Of a stretch of 64,000 bases of DNA, positions 11,421-25,399 are shown one piece after another (the stretch's first letter is position 1; every line of letters begins with the position of its first letter). Both the position numbers and the translations under genes were made by a program. The DNA lies in contig OZ234493.1 of NCBI GenBank assembly GCA_965153455.1, forward strand, positions 23,364,213 to 23,428,212, in the 5' to 3' direction. The notes beneath the pieces were generated by a model, which was not told where the DNA came from, searched no databases, and was given only the letters and a program-made list of their open reading frames with translations. The stretch is from Sphagnum compactum (Eukaryota).

Positions 11421-13973
11421 TTGTGAAAGAAAACTTTGAAGGCAGGACTGCAAATAGGCAGGAACTACTAATAGCAAACCACCTGTACCAATCATTATGA
11501 CTGACCAATCAAAAACAAAGACCAGGAGTCAGATCATATTTATTACACTCTTCTCTAGCAGGTGGTGCAGAGCTTTGCAGCTCTATGTATGTAGCCTACC
11601 AGCCTCAGCAAACCGAGAAAATATGGAGGAGAAAAACCATTTTCCTGAGCCAAACCGGCATATGTTGACATGTCTTCATCGGATCTTAATATGCAGGGTC
11701 ACATCCTGAGCACCGGTGGGGATTCACTTGGAACTTGATCTCTATGAAAGGCCGCAATTCATTGTCTAGACTTTTTGGTAGGAAGGACATGCTTAGATAA
11801 CTGAAATGAGTGGAAAGAAAAGTGGAATAGAGCGGTTGGGCTAGATATGGATGCTTGTTATGTGTTCATGTTGTTCTGCAGCGAAATGTATGTAAGGTCC
11901 ACAAAAGTGCAAGGCATAATCAAAGTCTGCCTTTTTTAGATCCTTTACTTGTTGTTGATCTATGGGGTCCAAAGATCGTATATTATGTTTGCGGTTAATT
12001 GCTTGAAAGTTTAATAATTTCTTATCAATTTTTTGCATTTTTTTTCAAAATGTTTGTCCAAATGTGTAATTTTATGTGTGTAAAGATTTTTCTTGTAAGA
12101 TTGGTCCAAACAAACCCTCATAACTGAATGTTTCCTTTGCCCTTGCCCCCACCAATTTTTTTAAAAAATGTACATAAAATACCTTACAACCATATAATTG
12201 CCATTCCTTTTGGTTAAATATTTACTCTTAAATTAGACAACAAATATATTATAAACCAACTCTGGCTTGGCCAAATGATCCAAGAGTTTTCAAAACTGGA
12301 CCTAAAACACCATATATAACCAAATGTTGGCAAAATGTTTGATCAAAGAATATTTCTTAACGTGGTCACTAAATGTTTTATGACCAAACATTGTCTTCAC
12401 TTTTGCCTCGGATCGTTTTCCACAAAAATGGGTGAAAAAACACCCTATAACCAAATATTTGGAAATTTAACCCTTCAAATCCACCCATGACACCCCTTAT
12501 TTTTGTGTAATAAAGTGTGACAATTTAAACCCCATCACCAAACATAACACATGCAATTGTGATACAATTTTTTTAATGTTTGTTTTTCCTGTACACCCCA
12601 CCCACACTGTAACCAAACACAAAACCTTTCATTTTTGGTTGGATCTTCTCATTATTCTAAACATTATAATATTAAACTATGCATTCGACCATATGCTATT
12701 TTCAACTATTTAAGGTTATTTTATTTTATATTATTTTCAACTATTTTAAGTTATTTCATATTATATTATTTCATGTTATTTAACTTTAGGTGTCTTTTTT
12801 GATTATTTTAGGTTATTTTGTATTATGTTATTATATCTTAAGTTATTATAAATTATTTTAAATTATCCACCTTAGGTTATTCTAAGTTATTCTCAACCAT
12901 TCCAAACTATTTCACACTAAGTTAATTTTGTTTGTTTTGACACATATAGACCTTTGTAGTTACTACCTATTGTCTATAATAACTTTCCTTTATGTGGATT
13001 TTAAATAGCAAATCTACTTCCTTGTTGATTCCATTTAGTGGTAGCTATCATTTTGTGTCTTACTCTAGAAAAAACAACGGAACAATAGATGAGATTAAAT
13101 TAATTTCATAAAAAGAACTCAAAACTAATACGTGAGCACAACAAAATTTTTAATATAGTCTTAATACAAACTACACTCTCTCTCTCTATCATACTCTAAA
13201 TAGAATAAAAACATTAACAAAGGATTATGAAAATTCATCAATCATTTTTCATTATAAAAATAAGAATACAACTTATTTGCATACTCTCTTCATCTCTTTT
13301 CGATATCACATACACCTCTCTTCCTATAAAGAAACTCTCTTTCCGCGTAAATCCAATCTACAATCACATTGAATGATCCCCAAATACTTTTCTTATTGTT
13401 CTAATCTTTTTCCTCACAAGACCACACAAAGTCCATATCATCCCCATAAAAATAAGTCATTATCCTAACTAATCTCTTTTAAAAATATAATAAATAATTG
13501 ATATATTATTATTAACCATTCAACTAACTAACCCCATTAACTTCATCATTTGATAAATACCAATAAATATATCATTAATAACCATCTTAATATGAACGTA
13601 ATCATTTCAACGTAATGTTCTCTTACCACATGTGAACTTACAATGCTAACATTATGAATATGTGCACAAGAAATTTCAACAATTCTTCCAATTGCAACAA
13701 CACATACATCATGTATTGAAATTTGCTAAAAAGAGCAACAATGGTAGATAGTATAAAAAACATGAATACTTTACAAATCTTTTGGGACAACTAGTGTGGG
13801 ACAAAACTTAAAAAAGTCATGAATGCACCATCTTCCGTATTCAACTATTTACTTACAAAAACAACCTTTAAATGATTTCATACTCTCTCACCACTACACC
13901 TCAATATTCAAAATTTTACTTACAAATCAAAACCCCAAACCATAGAGCATGTCCTCTAAACAATTGTCTTTTT

Positions 13974-14059
13974 AAACCCTAGAGTGAGAGGGATTTTGAG
14001 CTTTTCTACTTAACTAGAGTATAGCGTGTGCAGTTAGAACTTAATCCTGGTTAGGGTTT
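13974..14059. promoter_or_regulatory. Telo-box motifs upstream of importin-alpha
   Basis: AAACCCTA at 13974 and TTAGGGTTT at 14051, at the transition from AT-rich sequence to a pyrimidine-rich 5' UTR. Motif match only. Confidence 0.4.
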
Positions 14060-14300
14060 GAGAAGCAACTCCGACGCGTCTGTTCTCTTCTCACTTCTGG
14101 GTCTTTATTTTTGGGTTGCGTGCTTCCCGCTTTGTCCTCTGCTTCTCGTATTTCTTTCTTTCGGTTGATCCTGCTGCGTGCAGGAGCAGCAGCTTGTAGT
14201 TTTCCTCTAGAGATTCCTTTTGATATAATTGAAGGGATTTTTCGGTTTGTCTTTGGGTCCTGGGTGGTGTGTGTTTGAGTTTGTGTCAAACTTCGCGGAG

Positions 14301-17300
14301 ATGTCTCTGCGGCCGAATGCCCGTGCAGAGGTTCGTAAGAAGGGGTACAAGCTGGCGGTCGATGCAGAAGAAGCTCGCAGGAAGAGGGAGGATAATCTGG
14401 TGGAGATCCGCAAGAATAAGAGGGATGAAAGCCTGCTGAAGAAGCGGAGAGAGGGATTACAGTCTCAGCATTTTTCTTCTTCCGTTCAAGTTGCTGACAT
14501 CGAGAAGAAGGTAAATAGGTTCCTGTTGGAATGTGACATCTGATGTGGAGTTAGGGATCAGCAAAATTGTTGGTTGCTTTCGCCAACGTCTCCGGTCGCC
14601 TCTTACAATAGTTTCGTGGAACTCTTTCTATAGCTGAAAGTGCGTCTCTCGTTCTATGCAGAGATGTCGCCATGGAAATGCATTTATTTCGATATGTTGT
14701 ATCTGCGTTGGTTTTCTCAGTCCTGTTGAGGGACCGCTTCTAATAACTCATAAAACATTTTGTCGCTGATCGTTTCTCTTCATTGTGGACGAATGTGTTT
14801 AGGGTACAGGTGTGGTTTTCCTGTACCTGCATGAGGAACCCCTCGCATATATGGCCATCGTGTCACGGTTTTGTTTGTCTGGATTTGTGACAGCAGCAGT
14901 TGGAGAGCGTCCCGGCCATGGTAGCAGGGGTGTACTCTGAGGATCCGGCCACACAACTAGAAGCCACGACTCAATTTCAGAAGCTACTGTCCATAGGTAT
15001 GATTGATTTCCTTGCTCTTTTTGTATGCTGATATAGCTGTCACAGGTTTTCAGATTGTGATGCATACATTGCCGAGCCATCTTGTGAATCTGCGGTGCAG
15101 AACGGAGCCCCCCAATTGAGGAGGTAATAGCTGCAGGTGTTGTGCCCCAATTTGTAGGTTTTCTTCTTCGAGCAGACTTCCCCCAGCTACAGGTGGACCT
15201 CAGCCTTGTTCCTTGGCACCAATGTGTGGTAATCTGGAACTATCTTCTCTGATCTGGTCAATGCACATTTCATACATTGTAGTGGTATTTAACTGAAATT
15301 TATGTTTGTCTTTGATGCAGTTTGAGGCAGCATGGGCATTAACAAATATTGCATCAGGCACATCTGATCACACTCGTGTTGTCATTGATCATGGGGCAGT
15401 ACCAATCTTTGTTCAACTGCTCAGTTCCCCCAGTGATGATGTCCGTGAGCAGGTATAGTACAGATCTGGGATGTTAGTCACTTGGTGGAGTTTCATGGAT
15501 TTGGCCTTCCTCTGGATTTCAGCTGTTTGCCTCTACATGACTGTGGATGTGGGCATGCTCTCTTTGTACACTAGACTGACTAGAGATTTATTGTCTACTG
15601 ACCTTAATTAAGGACTGGTTTTCTTGTCAGCGAGCTTTGACTCACATTTATGTGACCTGTTGCTGCAGGCTGTTTGGGCTCTGGGAAATGTTGCTGGTGA
15701 CTCCCCAAAATGCAGGGATCTTGTACTTAGTCATGGTGCTCTGATACCTCTGCTGTCGCAGCTTACGGATACTGCCAAACTGTCTATGTTGAGGAATGCA
15801 ACTTGGACTCTGTCCAACTTCTGCCGCGGCAAACCTCAGCCTCCATTTGAGCAGGTAATTCCCTCAAGGTTACTCAATTTGTGTAGTTTTGGTTGTTAGC
15901 TGTTATCAAGTGGAATCATAGACAGCTCATTGCAGTTCAACCCTTGTGTTTTCTAAGACTTGCTTTCTTGCACAGTCAAAACCTGCACTCCCAGCATTGG
16001 AGCGCCTCATCCACTCAAATGATGAGGAAGTTCTGACGGATGTGTGCTGGGCTCTCTCCTATCTCTCTGATGGGACTAATGACAAGATCCAGGCAGTAAT
16101 TGAGGCTGGTGTTTGCCACCGTCTTGTGGAGCTGTTGCTGTAAGTCACCAAATAGCTCTAATTGGTTGGAGGTCTGTGATCCATTGTTGTTGCATAGGAT
16201 TCATGTTCCTTTTCCCTTAACATTGTTTGAGTCTCAGTGGGTTAAACAGTGTGAACAATATTTTATTTGTCAACAAGGTTCCAATAGTGCTGATCTCTTA
16301 TGGTTATCATGAAGCTTTCAGATGTTATGGGAGCTTGATTTTTTCTGGTTGATTGATTTAGTTGTGTTGAGGGTACCTAGCAGCCATCCATCACCATCTG
16401 TGCTGATTCCTGCCCTACGAACAGTTGGCAACATTGTAACTGGAGATGATCTCCAGACACAGGTAATTTGGCATTCTCTACAGTCTTATGGTATATTTGA
16501 ATGGGTTTTGTTGAAAGGAGTATCTTCTAGTTTAAATCAGGAGCAATTTCTCTTTGTTCTCTTATCGGGAGATATGACTTAACTTCTTTCACTGCTTTTT
16601 CAGTTCATTATTAACAACCAGGCACTTCCATGCCTCCTTGGTCTTCTTACTCACAACCACAAATCGAGCATCAAGAAGGAAGCCTGTTGGACCATCTCCA
16701 ATATTACTGCTGGAAATAAGGATCAAATTCAGGTTGGTTCTATATTCTTTAAACAATCCATGGTATGTTTATCCAATTGTGTGTGCAGTTCTGTGTTCTT
16801 CAAGGGGAATTTTGGATGTACTTCATAGAGGAGAGCTTAGTTTGTTGCAGTTATCATTGTATGCATGCCCAGGTTTTCTTTCCATCCTTTCTAGCTTCTT
16901 TCCTCTAAGCAGACTGTGCTTGTTGTCTTGTTCCAGGCAGTCATTGATGCCAACATTATCCTACCCCTGGTTTCTTTACTGGCAACAGCTGAGTTTGATA
17001 TCAAGAAAGAAGCAGCATGGGCTATATCCAATGCCACATCTGGTGGCATGCATGAACAGATCAAGTAGGTTTTGCACAACTTGGAAACTGTAGCATGGTT
17101 AGGGCAAAGCATGGAAGCATTGTGAGAACATTGGGCTAGTTGCAGTATGCAATAACAAATTTGCCAGTGGGATTGAAATTGTTGTTGACTGAAGGAATGT
17201 CTCTGATAATTTATTGTCATTTCTATAGGTATCTTGTGAATCAGGGCTGCATCAAGCCACTCTGTGATCTGCTCACATGTCCTGATGCAAGGATTGTGAC

Positions 17301-17607
17301 AGTTTCACTTGAGGGCTTGGAGAATATTTTGAAGGTAGGGGAGGCAGAGAAGGACCTTGGTAACAGCAATGGTATCAATCTGTATGCTCGATACATAGAT
17401 GAAGCTGAAGGTTTGGAGAAGATTGAGAACCTGCAAACTCATGATAACAATGACATCTATGAGAAAGCTGTCAAAATTTTGGAGACCTACTGGCTGGAGG
17501 AGGATGAGGATCAAAATTTGGGTCCTGCAGGTGATGAATTGCAGAGTAGTTTTGCATTTGGGGGAAATCAGTCTGCTGTTCCTTCTGGTGGTTTCAACTT
17601 TGGCTGA
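14301..17607 (+). CDS. IMPA: Importin subunit alpha, 531 aa, 10 exons: 14301-14510, 14900-14996, 15101-15192, 15321-15452, 15669-15854, 15976-16139, 16384-16462, 16604-16732, 16937-17064, 17229-17607
   Basis: IBB domain ([26 protein letters not shown]) and ARM repeats ([68 protein letters not shown]). All introns are GT-AG and the phases sum to 1596 nt. Confidence 0.96.
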
Positions 17608-20600
17608 GAAGGTAACTTATCTTTGCATTTTCTGTCTTGTTGCTTAATTGGATCCCTCCCAGAAAACATTGAAGAATGGATAACTTCTGAGGACAAATCA
17701 TGATTCGTGAGCAGATAATTATGATGTGAACTGCTGTGATGCAGGAGTGGAGTAGACATTTCGTGCCTCATGGATGCAAAAATGCTTTCTGAAGATAGGG
17801 GTAAATATGGAGGCTGATTGCAAAAATCACTGTGACTTAATTCTTGGTCACTGCCATGAAGTCTACTGGTCCCTTGCACAAGTCTCTCAGGTTTGGCAAC
17901 CTGAAAAGGCTTTCAATTGAGGGCCTTTTGCTGTCTAACAAAGCTACATTGTGTAATGCAATGGCACCTCCGGACTAGCAAGCTGTCCAGACATTAACTT
18001 CTTTCCTCATATCTGGTTTCTATGGATAAACCATGTTCACTGGAGCTTTTGTTGCACCATCCTTTCCTCTTCTGTAAGCTTCCATTGGTAGTGTACAGGT
18101 GAGGAGTCCTACCAATGGGACAGGTTGCTAGTCCCCATAATTAGCCTTAGTCACTAACAATTCACACAGCAGTGTTTGTGCATTTGCTGTTCATTTTTCT
18201 GCAGGGGGTGAGAAATTGGTTTTGTGCCCTCTTCGGCTCCAAGTTGGCTTTGCTACACATAGGGGCACTGGATGAAGGAACTGAATCATTACAACTTTCT
18301 TATCTCCACTGCTGCTGTTTCCACCACACTTTTTGTGTGGTAGGACAACTGGGTCAAAATCCATTACTTGTGGGGCCCCAGGGTTTTGACCTCATTACCA
18401 CTCCAGTTATGTGCCTGGAGGTAATGACTACATTGTCTTCATGCACAAAAATGTGGCATGAGACTCTGGCCAAGTGCAGGTCCTGCAACTTTTGTTGGGC
18501 CTTGGTTCTTCCTAATTTGTATAGATAACAAACTTCAAAGTTAACTATCTAACAGGTTTTTGAGGATGAATGAATCACTTTCATGACGACAATAATGGCT
18601 GTCATCATTGGATTCATCCACTTCTGATCCTTACTTTGGTGAGGACATATATTTGAGAGATGTACAAGTTTTGTCAATGAATGGACTTGTCTCATTTTGC
18701 TTGCTAATCTGAGTTAAGATTGTGTCCACAGATACTCCCTTTGTATGGGTGAAGGTTTCTTTGCCTTAACCCTCAAATGATAGTCATTGATTGTTGTTGC
18801 AAGCCATTATGTGATGCATGCAATTGGGCACAAAATTACAGATGCTGTTAACTGGGGTTTTTGTAGAAAATCTTTTTTTGAAGCTTGACATAGATTTTGG
18901 AGTCATATACAAGAGAGACACCATGAAGCATCATGTAGGTTAAACAAGTTTGAGAAGCTTTCTTTCCTCTTGGTGCAGACCAGGTGTAGGTTGATAGGTA
19001 CCATAAGAGTTAGGAAGGGTAGTCAGAGAAAGCCTGGAGGTGACCTCTTTATATCTTTACACCTGATTTTCCCATGAAGCCATGAATGGTGGTGAGAATT
19101 CTGCTTGAACGTCAGTGTCTGCATCAAGGCTGCTGCTATATGTGCAATATATGGGAAGTGAGGTTACAAATCACTTGCAAAGTGATTCTGAGCTTCCTGC
19201 AATAGAGCAGTTTTGATGCTTTTCTTCTTCCATCTCACAATGACTGTCTCCAGATGAGATGCCCACTGAAGAGACCTGGGAAAGACTACATAACAAGTTC
19301 AGAACAAAATGGGAACCAGATAGGTCACTGGCTCAATAGAAATGGCCAGGGACAAGCTCTTTTCAGCTCATGTTGTAGTTCCAGTTTCTTGCATGAGTAT
19401 GAGATATATATCTTGTGAACTAGTAGGGTTACATCAGTTTATTTGACAAAAATTAACAACAATTTTGGGTGTTGCTAACCAATATTGACAGCCACCATCA
19501 GTAACAAATTTTGAATAATCATGTCTTGTGGAATGAGATGATAAATCTGAAAAATTGATTACTAATTGACTACTCACCATGATCTATTCCATCGGATGGC
19601 TGAAAGTGCCCGAAATAATAAGTGCATTGCACCTTACAAAAAGGAAGAGGCCTCTCTTTACATATGAGGTTATGATCCTTAACACACAGTAGGAAATAAT
19701 TCTTGCATAAGATGGCATGCTAAAATGACTAAAAGAAAGTGCTACCACATCTTTCCAAGTGTTGATATTGTGGTGCCGAAGGCAATGCATGTGATTCTCT
19801 TTGGACATCTCTTCATCAAAAAGGAACTTTTGGGCTCAATCTTTGTTAAAAACTACAAAGCAAATCCAAATAAGCAATAATTGATAAGTTACAAGAATTC
19901 AAAGATCATTTGCAAGCAGTTAAGTAAATAGTTTCAAGGCTTCATACCCTAAGAGCATGCAGTACCACAACAGTTTCATGCCATTCAATGGATATTGCTA
20001 TATCTTTCTCTTTTGATTTGCTTTTGAAGTCCCCATTGTGGATGCACACTTTATGATCACAAAATTAATCACAAGAATCAAGCTGCCATTTCAAGGACAC
20101 AAGGTCTGACAGTAAAACAATCAATAGCAAGAATCAAACTGCTGTTGTATAATTTTGCATCTAACACTGCAAAGACTCACAAACAGATTTCCTACAATTC
20201 AAATATGGCCACAGAGCATCTACAAACACACACAATTAATCCAGACATGTCAAGCCAACATTTCTCCTTGATTTATCTACTAATAGTCACTGCATGTCTC
20301 AGCACAATGGTAGAGTGATCATAGTTGATTGGACATCTCACTTTGATTCAGCAAGGAAGAAAGATTCTGGATCTTATCCATGAGGCTTCATTATGGTACC
20401 AAAATAGTGCACCATCTACGAAGAAACTATCTGCTGAGTGGAAAGTTGTTTCAGCAGGCTCAGGCAAGACCCCACATTTTGATACTCAGATGATCAGGCT
20501 GATGCTGCAGGCTCCAGTGAAGTTAAAAAGATTAACGCCTCCGGTGAGAGGAGCCATGAGGTCCAGAGTCCCAAACTGAATGCCAGTTGCTCATATGCTG

Positions 20601-20892
20601 AGCAGAGCCTAGGGGTAAAAACTGGACACACACAGCATGCAACAGTTCCATCTAGATGCTCACGACCTCAACAAACTCATTTCTCACCAAACATTGTTTG
20701 GCTTCGATTGCTCTCAGGCTATAGCAATTGACATTTTCCACCACCGCTCCTCAAGCAGTTTTCTGACAAGCACATGCTCTGCTATCCCTGAAACTGGATC
20801 TAGTGCAGAATACAGCTGCAAGAGCTCTCATGGAGAAATCCATAACAGGATCAATATCCACTGTTGTTGAAGCTGAGGTGCACCAGAAGTGG

Positions 20893-23288
20893 TTATGACA
20901 TCCTCATCAATGAAAAAGATTTTGACCTCCATTTCTTACTTTGTGGGCTGAGGCGCACTCCAGGATTATCTGGAGACACAAAAGCAGGAGAGGTAGGAGG
21001 CCTTCTCCACCCCATATCACTGCTACATTCCCTTGTTAACCGGCGTTTGAAGGAAAATTGCTTTCTAGAGAGAGACCTACTCTGAAAGAGACGTTCTCTT
21101 TGTGAGACATCAGAGGGTGAACACCACTTTCCACCTGCATTCAATATCTCCTTCTGCATTGAGGCCAGTTGTGCTCCATGAGGACCAACCTCTAGCCCAG
21201 AAATGTCATCTGTTGCCACTCCAATCCTTGATAGTTTGTTCCTAGAGGTTGTTGGAGCAAGAGAACCATTCCCTCGTACTCCTGCACCTCTTGAGGCAAG
21301 TGTCTCCAAGAGCTTGACCTTGGTTGCAGCTTTCTCAGCTAGCCCACACTGTGGGCAGGCAGGGTCTTGGAGAAAAGAGTCAGGGGAAACTTGCTCCAAG
21401 CAATCAGCATGGTAAACATGGCCACAGACAAGAACTCCCACCACAGTGCAATCAGTGCTTCCCACCATGCGATGTGAACTCCAGGCTGGATGTTGACTCA
21501 GCAACCGGTTACACACACCACAGGTCTGTGACACATCATTTTCATATGCAGTTCAGAGAGACAAAAGCAGCAGGTGGAGGACTTGAGGAGGAAAGTGACT
21601 GCCATGACCATATTAACAGCAAAATTACAGTAAAAGAAACTGAGCTTGCTACCTCAGACTGGGAAGAGACATTGCCAAATTGGTTGTTTCCTGCCCTGAT
21701 CCTTTCCATAGACAGAAACCCTGCAGCCTTCTCAACACTCTCAAAAGCTGACCCCCAACCAAAGTCAGATGGACTGCTCGCACTTGTCCAACGCAATCGC
21801 TCTTGGCATGACAATGCAACTGCTTCAGAAAAAGCCTGAACACATCAAAGCACACATGAGAATTGCCCACTGCACTTAGCATTTCCATCACTCCACAACT
21901 GAACAGAGCATCTCCACTCATAGAACAACCCCTAGCCTGCAGAGATAGGATGCCAGCCACACATATTGCTGCTGTGTCTTATATTTGTTGATTAAAAGTG
22001 CAAGTGGGACTTGCAACACAGGCTTGGAGAGGACTCAGTCTGTGCTTGGCTGCAACAACAGGGGAATACCTGCTGGAGGACCTACTAATTGCTCCTCTGT
22101 TTGGGGACAAAATATCACACATTGTGGCCACTAAACAGCCCTCTCAAACAGCAAAAAGAAGTAATCAAACAAACAATCAACAACATAATTCCTTGGCTCC
22201 AAAGTAAAGTTACAGTTTCATTGGGTAGTTAAATACTGCTCTCTTCTGATTGTGTTTACTTGATGTGGTCAAGCACTGGAGAGCAGATATCAAATTGCAA
22301 AACCAAACCAATGTTGAGACTGGAAATGTACATAGAAATGGTTCGTGGATTCCCTGAATGTGAGCATCCTGTAGCCTAATTATCTACAAGAATACACACA
22401 TATGCTTCAAATCTCAGATTTTGCATCTCATTAGAACACCATCCATATACTCCCATGTAGAATAGAAAATAAAGGTAAGGGTAAGCTGGCATGAATACTG
22501 ACCTGCCTGGATGAAGATATGGTAAGGGTTGGGCTTGAGGTTGGTACTGCAACCAAACACAAAAAAATATCCAATCAACTAGGTTTACATACTGCATAGC
22601 TAGCACCAGCACTCATTTCAAACTTTACTAGGCACATTAATACCAGTTACTGTATTCTCAATACCATAAGCCTCTGCTGTCCACAATTTTGAGAGCAGGT
22701 GATAATTACAAAGAGCAATGTAAGCTTGATGTTTTGAGCCCAAGAAGAGTTTGGCAAATTTAAGGTTTCAGGTCTTCTTGGGATTTTTGCTCATGAGAAA
22801 ACACAATCAGATGCCAGGGGCTAATTCTGTTGGCCACTAGGAATCTTTACTGTTGACCTTGCTGAGTACCAAAAATCTAAGAATGTCATCATACCTGAAG
22901 GGGCATTGACAAAGTCGCTGATGCGATCACTTGAGAAAGCAAGAGGATTGCAGACATTTGTTCGGAAACTGTCAAACGGACTGTCCCCCAGAGAGAAGAA
23001 GCTTTCAGAGTGCCTGCGGAGATGGCCAATCAACCTACCACTGCCTAGCCTACTCCCACTTCTGCTGCCTCTGCTACTTGAAGAAAGAGATCTTTGACGT
23101 AACTGAGATGCTTCAGAGGTTGTCACCAGATCCTCAGGCTGGGATTTGTTTTCCAACCAACTGCTTGAGGGAGTGGGTGAAAAGCCCCCATTGCTTCGCC
23201 ACTGTGGCTCCTGTGCAGCCATTGACCAAGCATCATTGCTGACAGAAGACTCTTGTGGCCTTGCAGCCACACAGCAGAGGGACCCCAT
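20893..23288 (-). CDS. RING-H2 finger protein of the plant 'MGSLCCVAARP' type; open model of 417 aa with exons 23288-22895, 22546-22503, 21835-21653, 21525-20893. May instead be a decaying pseudogene
   Basis: N-terminus MGSLCCVAARP...EPQWRSNGGFSP, central AFSEAVALSCQERLRW, and C3H2C3 finger TCGVC...VLVCGHVYHADC...DPACPQC. GT-AG sites give consistent phases, but introns 2 and 3 contain coding-like relics (see findings). Confidence 0.75.
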
Positions 23289-25399
23289 CTTGACTTTCTT
23301 GTGCTTCCTGTGATTGTGCAAACAAACCACGAACCCCAGTATCTCCAAGCTCACAGTATCTCTTAGCTCACACCTGAGAAGACAATCGTGCAGTTGATAA
23401 CATCTCTATCTGCCATCTGCCAGTTGATGATCCCAGAATACATGTCCAAGACTGTGTTATCTGTGATTCTGTTCACATCTGTGAAAGTGTGGTTCCCATT
23501 TCCAAAATACAGAAAGTGGTCCACATTTCCAAAGTATGGAAATTTTCATCCAGGCAGGATCAGTAACTGAACTCTTTCATGATCAGTTTTCGAAGACCGG
23601 TAATTCTGCCTGCACAAAAGCATGTAAGGCAGCTGAGAATCTTCATGCAGTACTCCTTTGTTAGAACACCAAAAGATCTTTGATATAATATGAAGGAGCA
23701 GCATTTAAACACAGAGAAGAGGCAGCTCTCCACTTCTGTTGCTAAAATTGGAATTCAGTGATGGCTCTATCAACAAGACACCTGTGTAATTCCTGTGCAG
23801 CTGACTAATTCTAAAGTATGGGCTAACCAGACCACTCTTTACAATGAAACCTACGAACTGCAGATCAGAATTTGAGTTGGTGAATCAGTATACCTAACCA
23901 CACAGCTCAAAGTAGAAGGCTTTGTGCAGGAGCCTTATGCAGGAGGTGAAATGAGGATGGGTACGTAATCATCAGATTGAGCATAGAACTACCAGAATCC
24001 TAACTTGGATTGAGTCTTCCTAAGCTGAAGACTATTTGGAATACTTAGTGACATCAACAAAACAAAATTGTTGCTGATTTGTAGTTAGCTGTCATTAATC
24101 TGTTCACTCACAGCTCTGCTGTTTCTTGTCTCTGATATGTATAGTTACGAAAATCAACACTATCCTTTGCTTATTCAACTGATGTTTTGATTGCCAGAAA
24201 TCATCAGACCCAAGAATATCCATGAGATTGCACAGAGAAATCAGAATAAAATACTGAAGTGTAACTGTTATGTCAGTTCCAGAAAAACCAAAATAATGAC
24301 AACATGACTCAGTGCAGTCTTGAGAGTGCCACCCACAAAGTATCAGATAATCACCTTCATCATGGATGGCAGTGACTAGCTGCCATTACTCTCACTAACT
24401 TGTCAACTCCACCAACCATGGGTGTAGATACATATGCAAATGATCTGCTGAAAACTTTAGGAAGACAGATGTACAAAAACCTGCATCCTGAGTTTCTGTT
24501 GGATCTCCTGAAGCAACAAGACGAGTCAGTTGTGATGTTGGCTAGCACTTAAGAGACATGGCTAGAGTAAACATCATATCCAAGCATTATAAGGGACTCT
24601 GTCTGTCAAGCTACTGCAAGCTACAAGAACATGTGACATCTGCAGATCTTCCTTGTTCTTGTTAATTTTCAAGACCCTAAAGCAACAAGTGAAATGAAGG
24701 TATTTTCAGAAACAAATCTGAGAAGCCTCCATTGAAGACTCCAAACTAAAATTTTGGGTAAATATGAAAGGAAAACTGTGGGAAGAAGATATGAGAATAC
24801 TCAAACTGAACAGAAATAGCTCCAAGTGAACTAGAAAAAAAATGAAGAAGCCTCCAAGGAAGGAGAATTGGCTATGACCTTGCTTTTTGCCAGTAGAAGC
24901 AAGCACTGGGTCATACAGCCACACCCTGAAATTCTATATTCCATTTTACAAATGGAGTTGGAAAGAAGAGCCAAGAAGGAACTACTCTCAGAGGCAGGAA
25001 GCAGGAGGAAACCCCTCCCTGTGCATCTATTTCACCTTATAGACTCCTGTGTCCTTGTTTGAAGTGTACAGTTTTGTTCTAAAATGGATAAATGGACTAC
25101 GGCAGTGGTTTTCTGTCAGGGATAAGCCTCATAGCTCTAAGTCTCTCCACTTCTCCAACCATTCAAAGCAGTAAGCACAACATCGGAGGGCATCTGCAAA
25201 TACATATCACAAATCTAGCACATGCTTTAAACGCATGAGGCCAATCATAAGACAATTGATTTCACATCTACTCCAAGGTGCTCCACAACAAGCAAGACTG
25301 TCAATCTTTGACAACAACTTGGAACACATATTGGCAGCAACAGTAAGTATCTAGCTCCAACTTCTTTTTCTTTTCCTTCTTGGAGCGGATTTGCATCGA

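Noticed and set aside
19060..19855. Minus-strand exon-like pieces (e.g. FLFDEEMSKENHMHCLRHHNINTWKD; VSSVGISSGDSHCEMEEEK)
   Set aside because: Plausible splice sites but in-frame stops and no recognisable family; cannot be supported without RNA or homology data.
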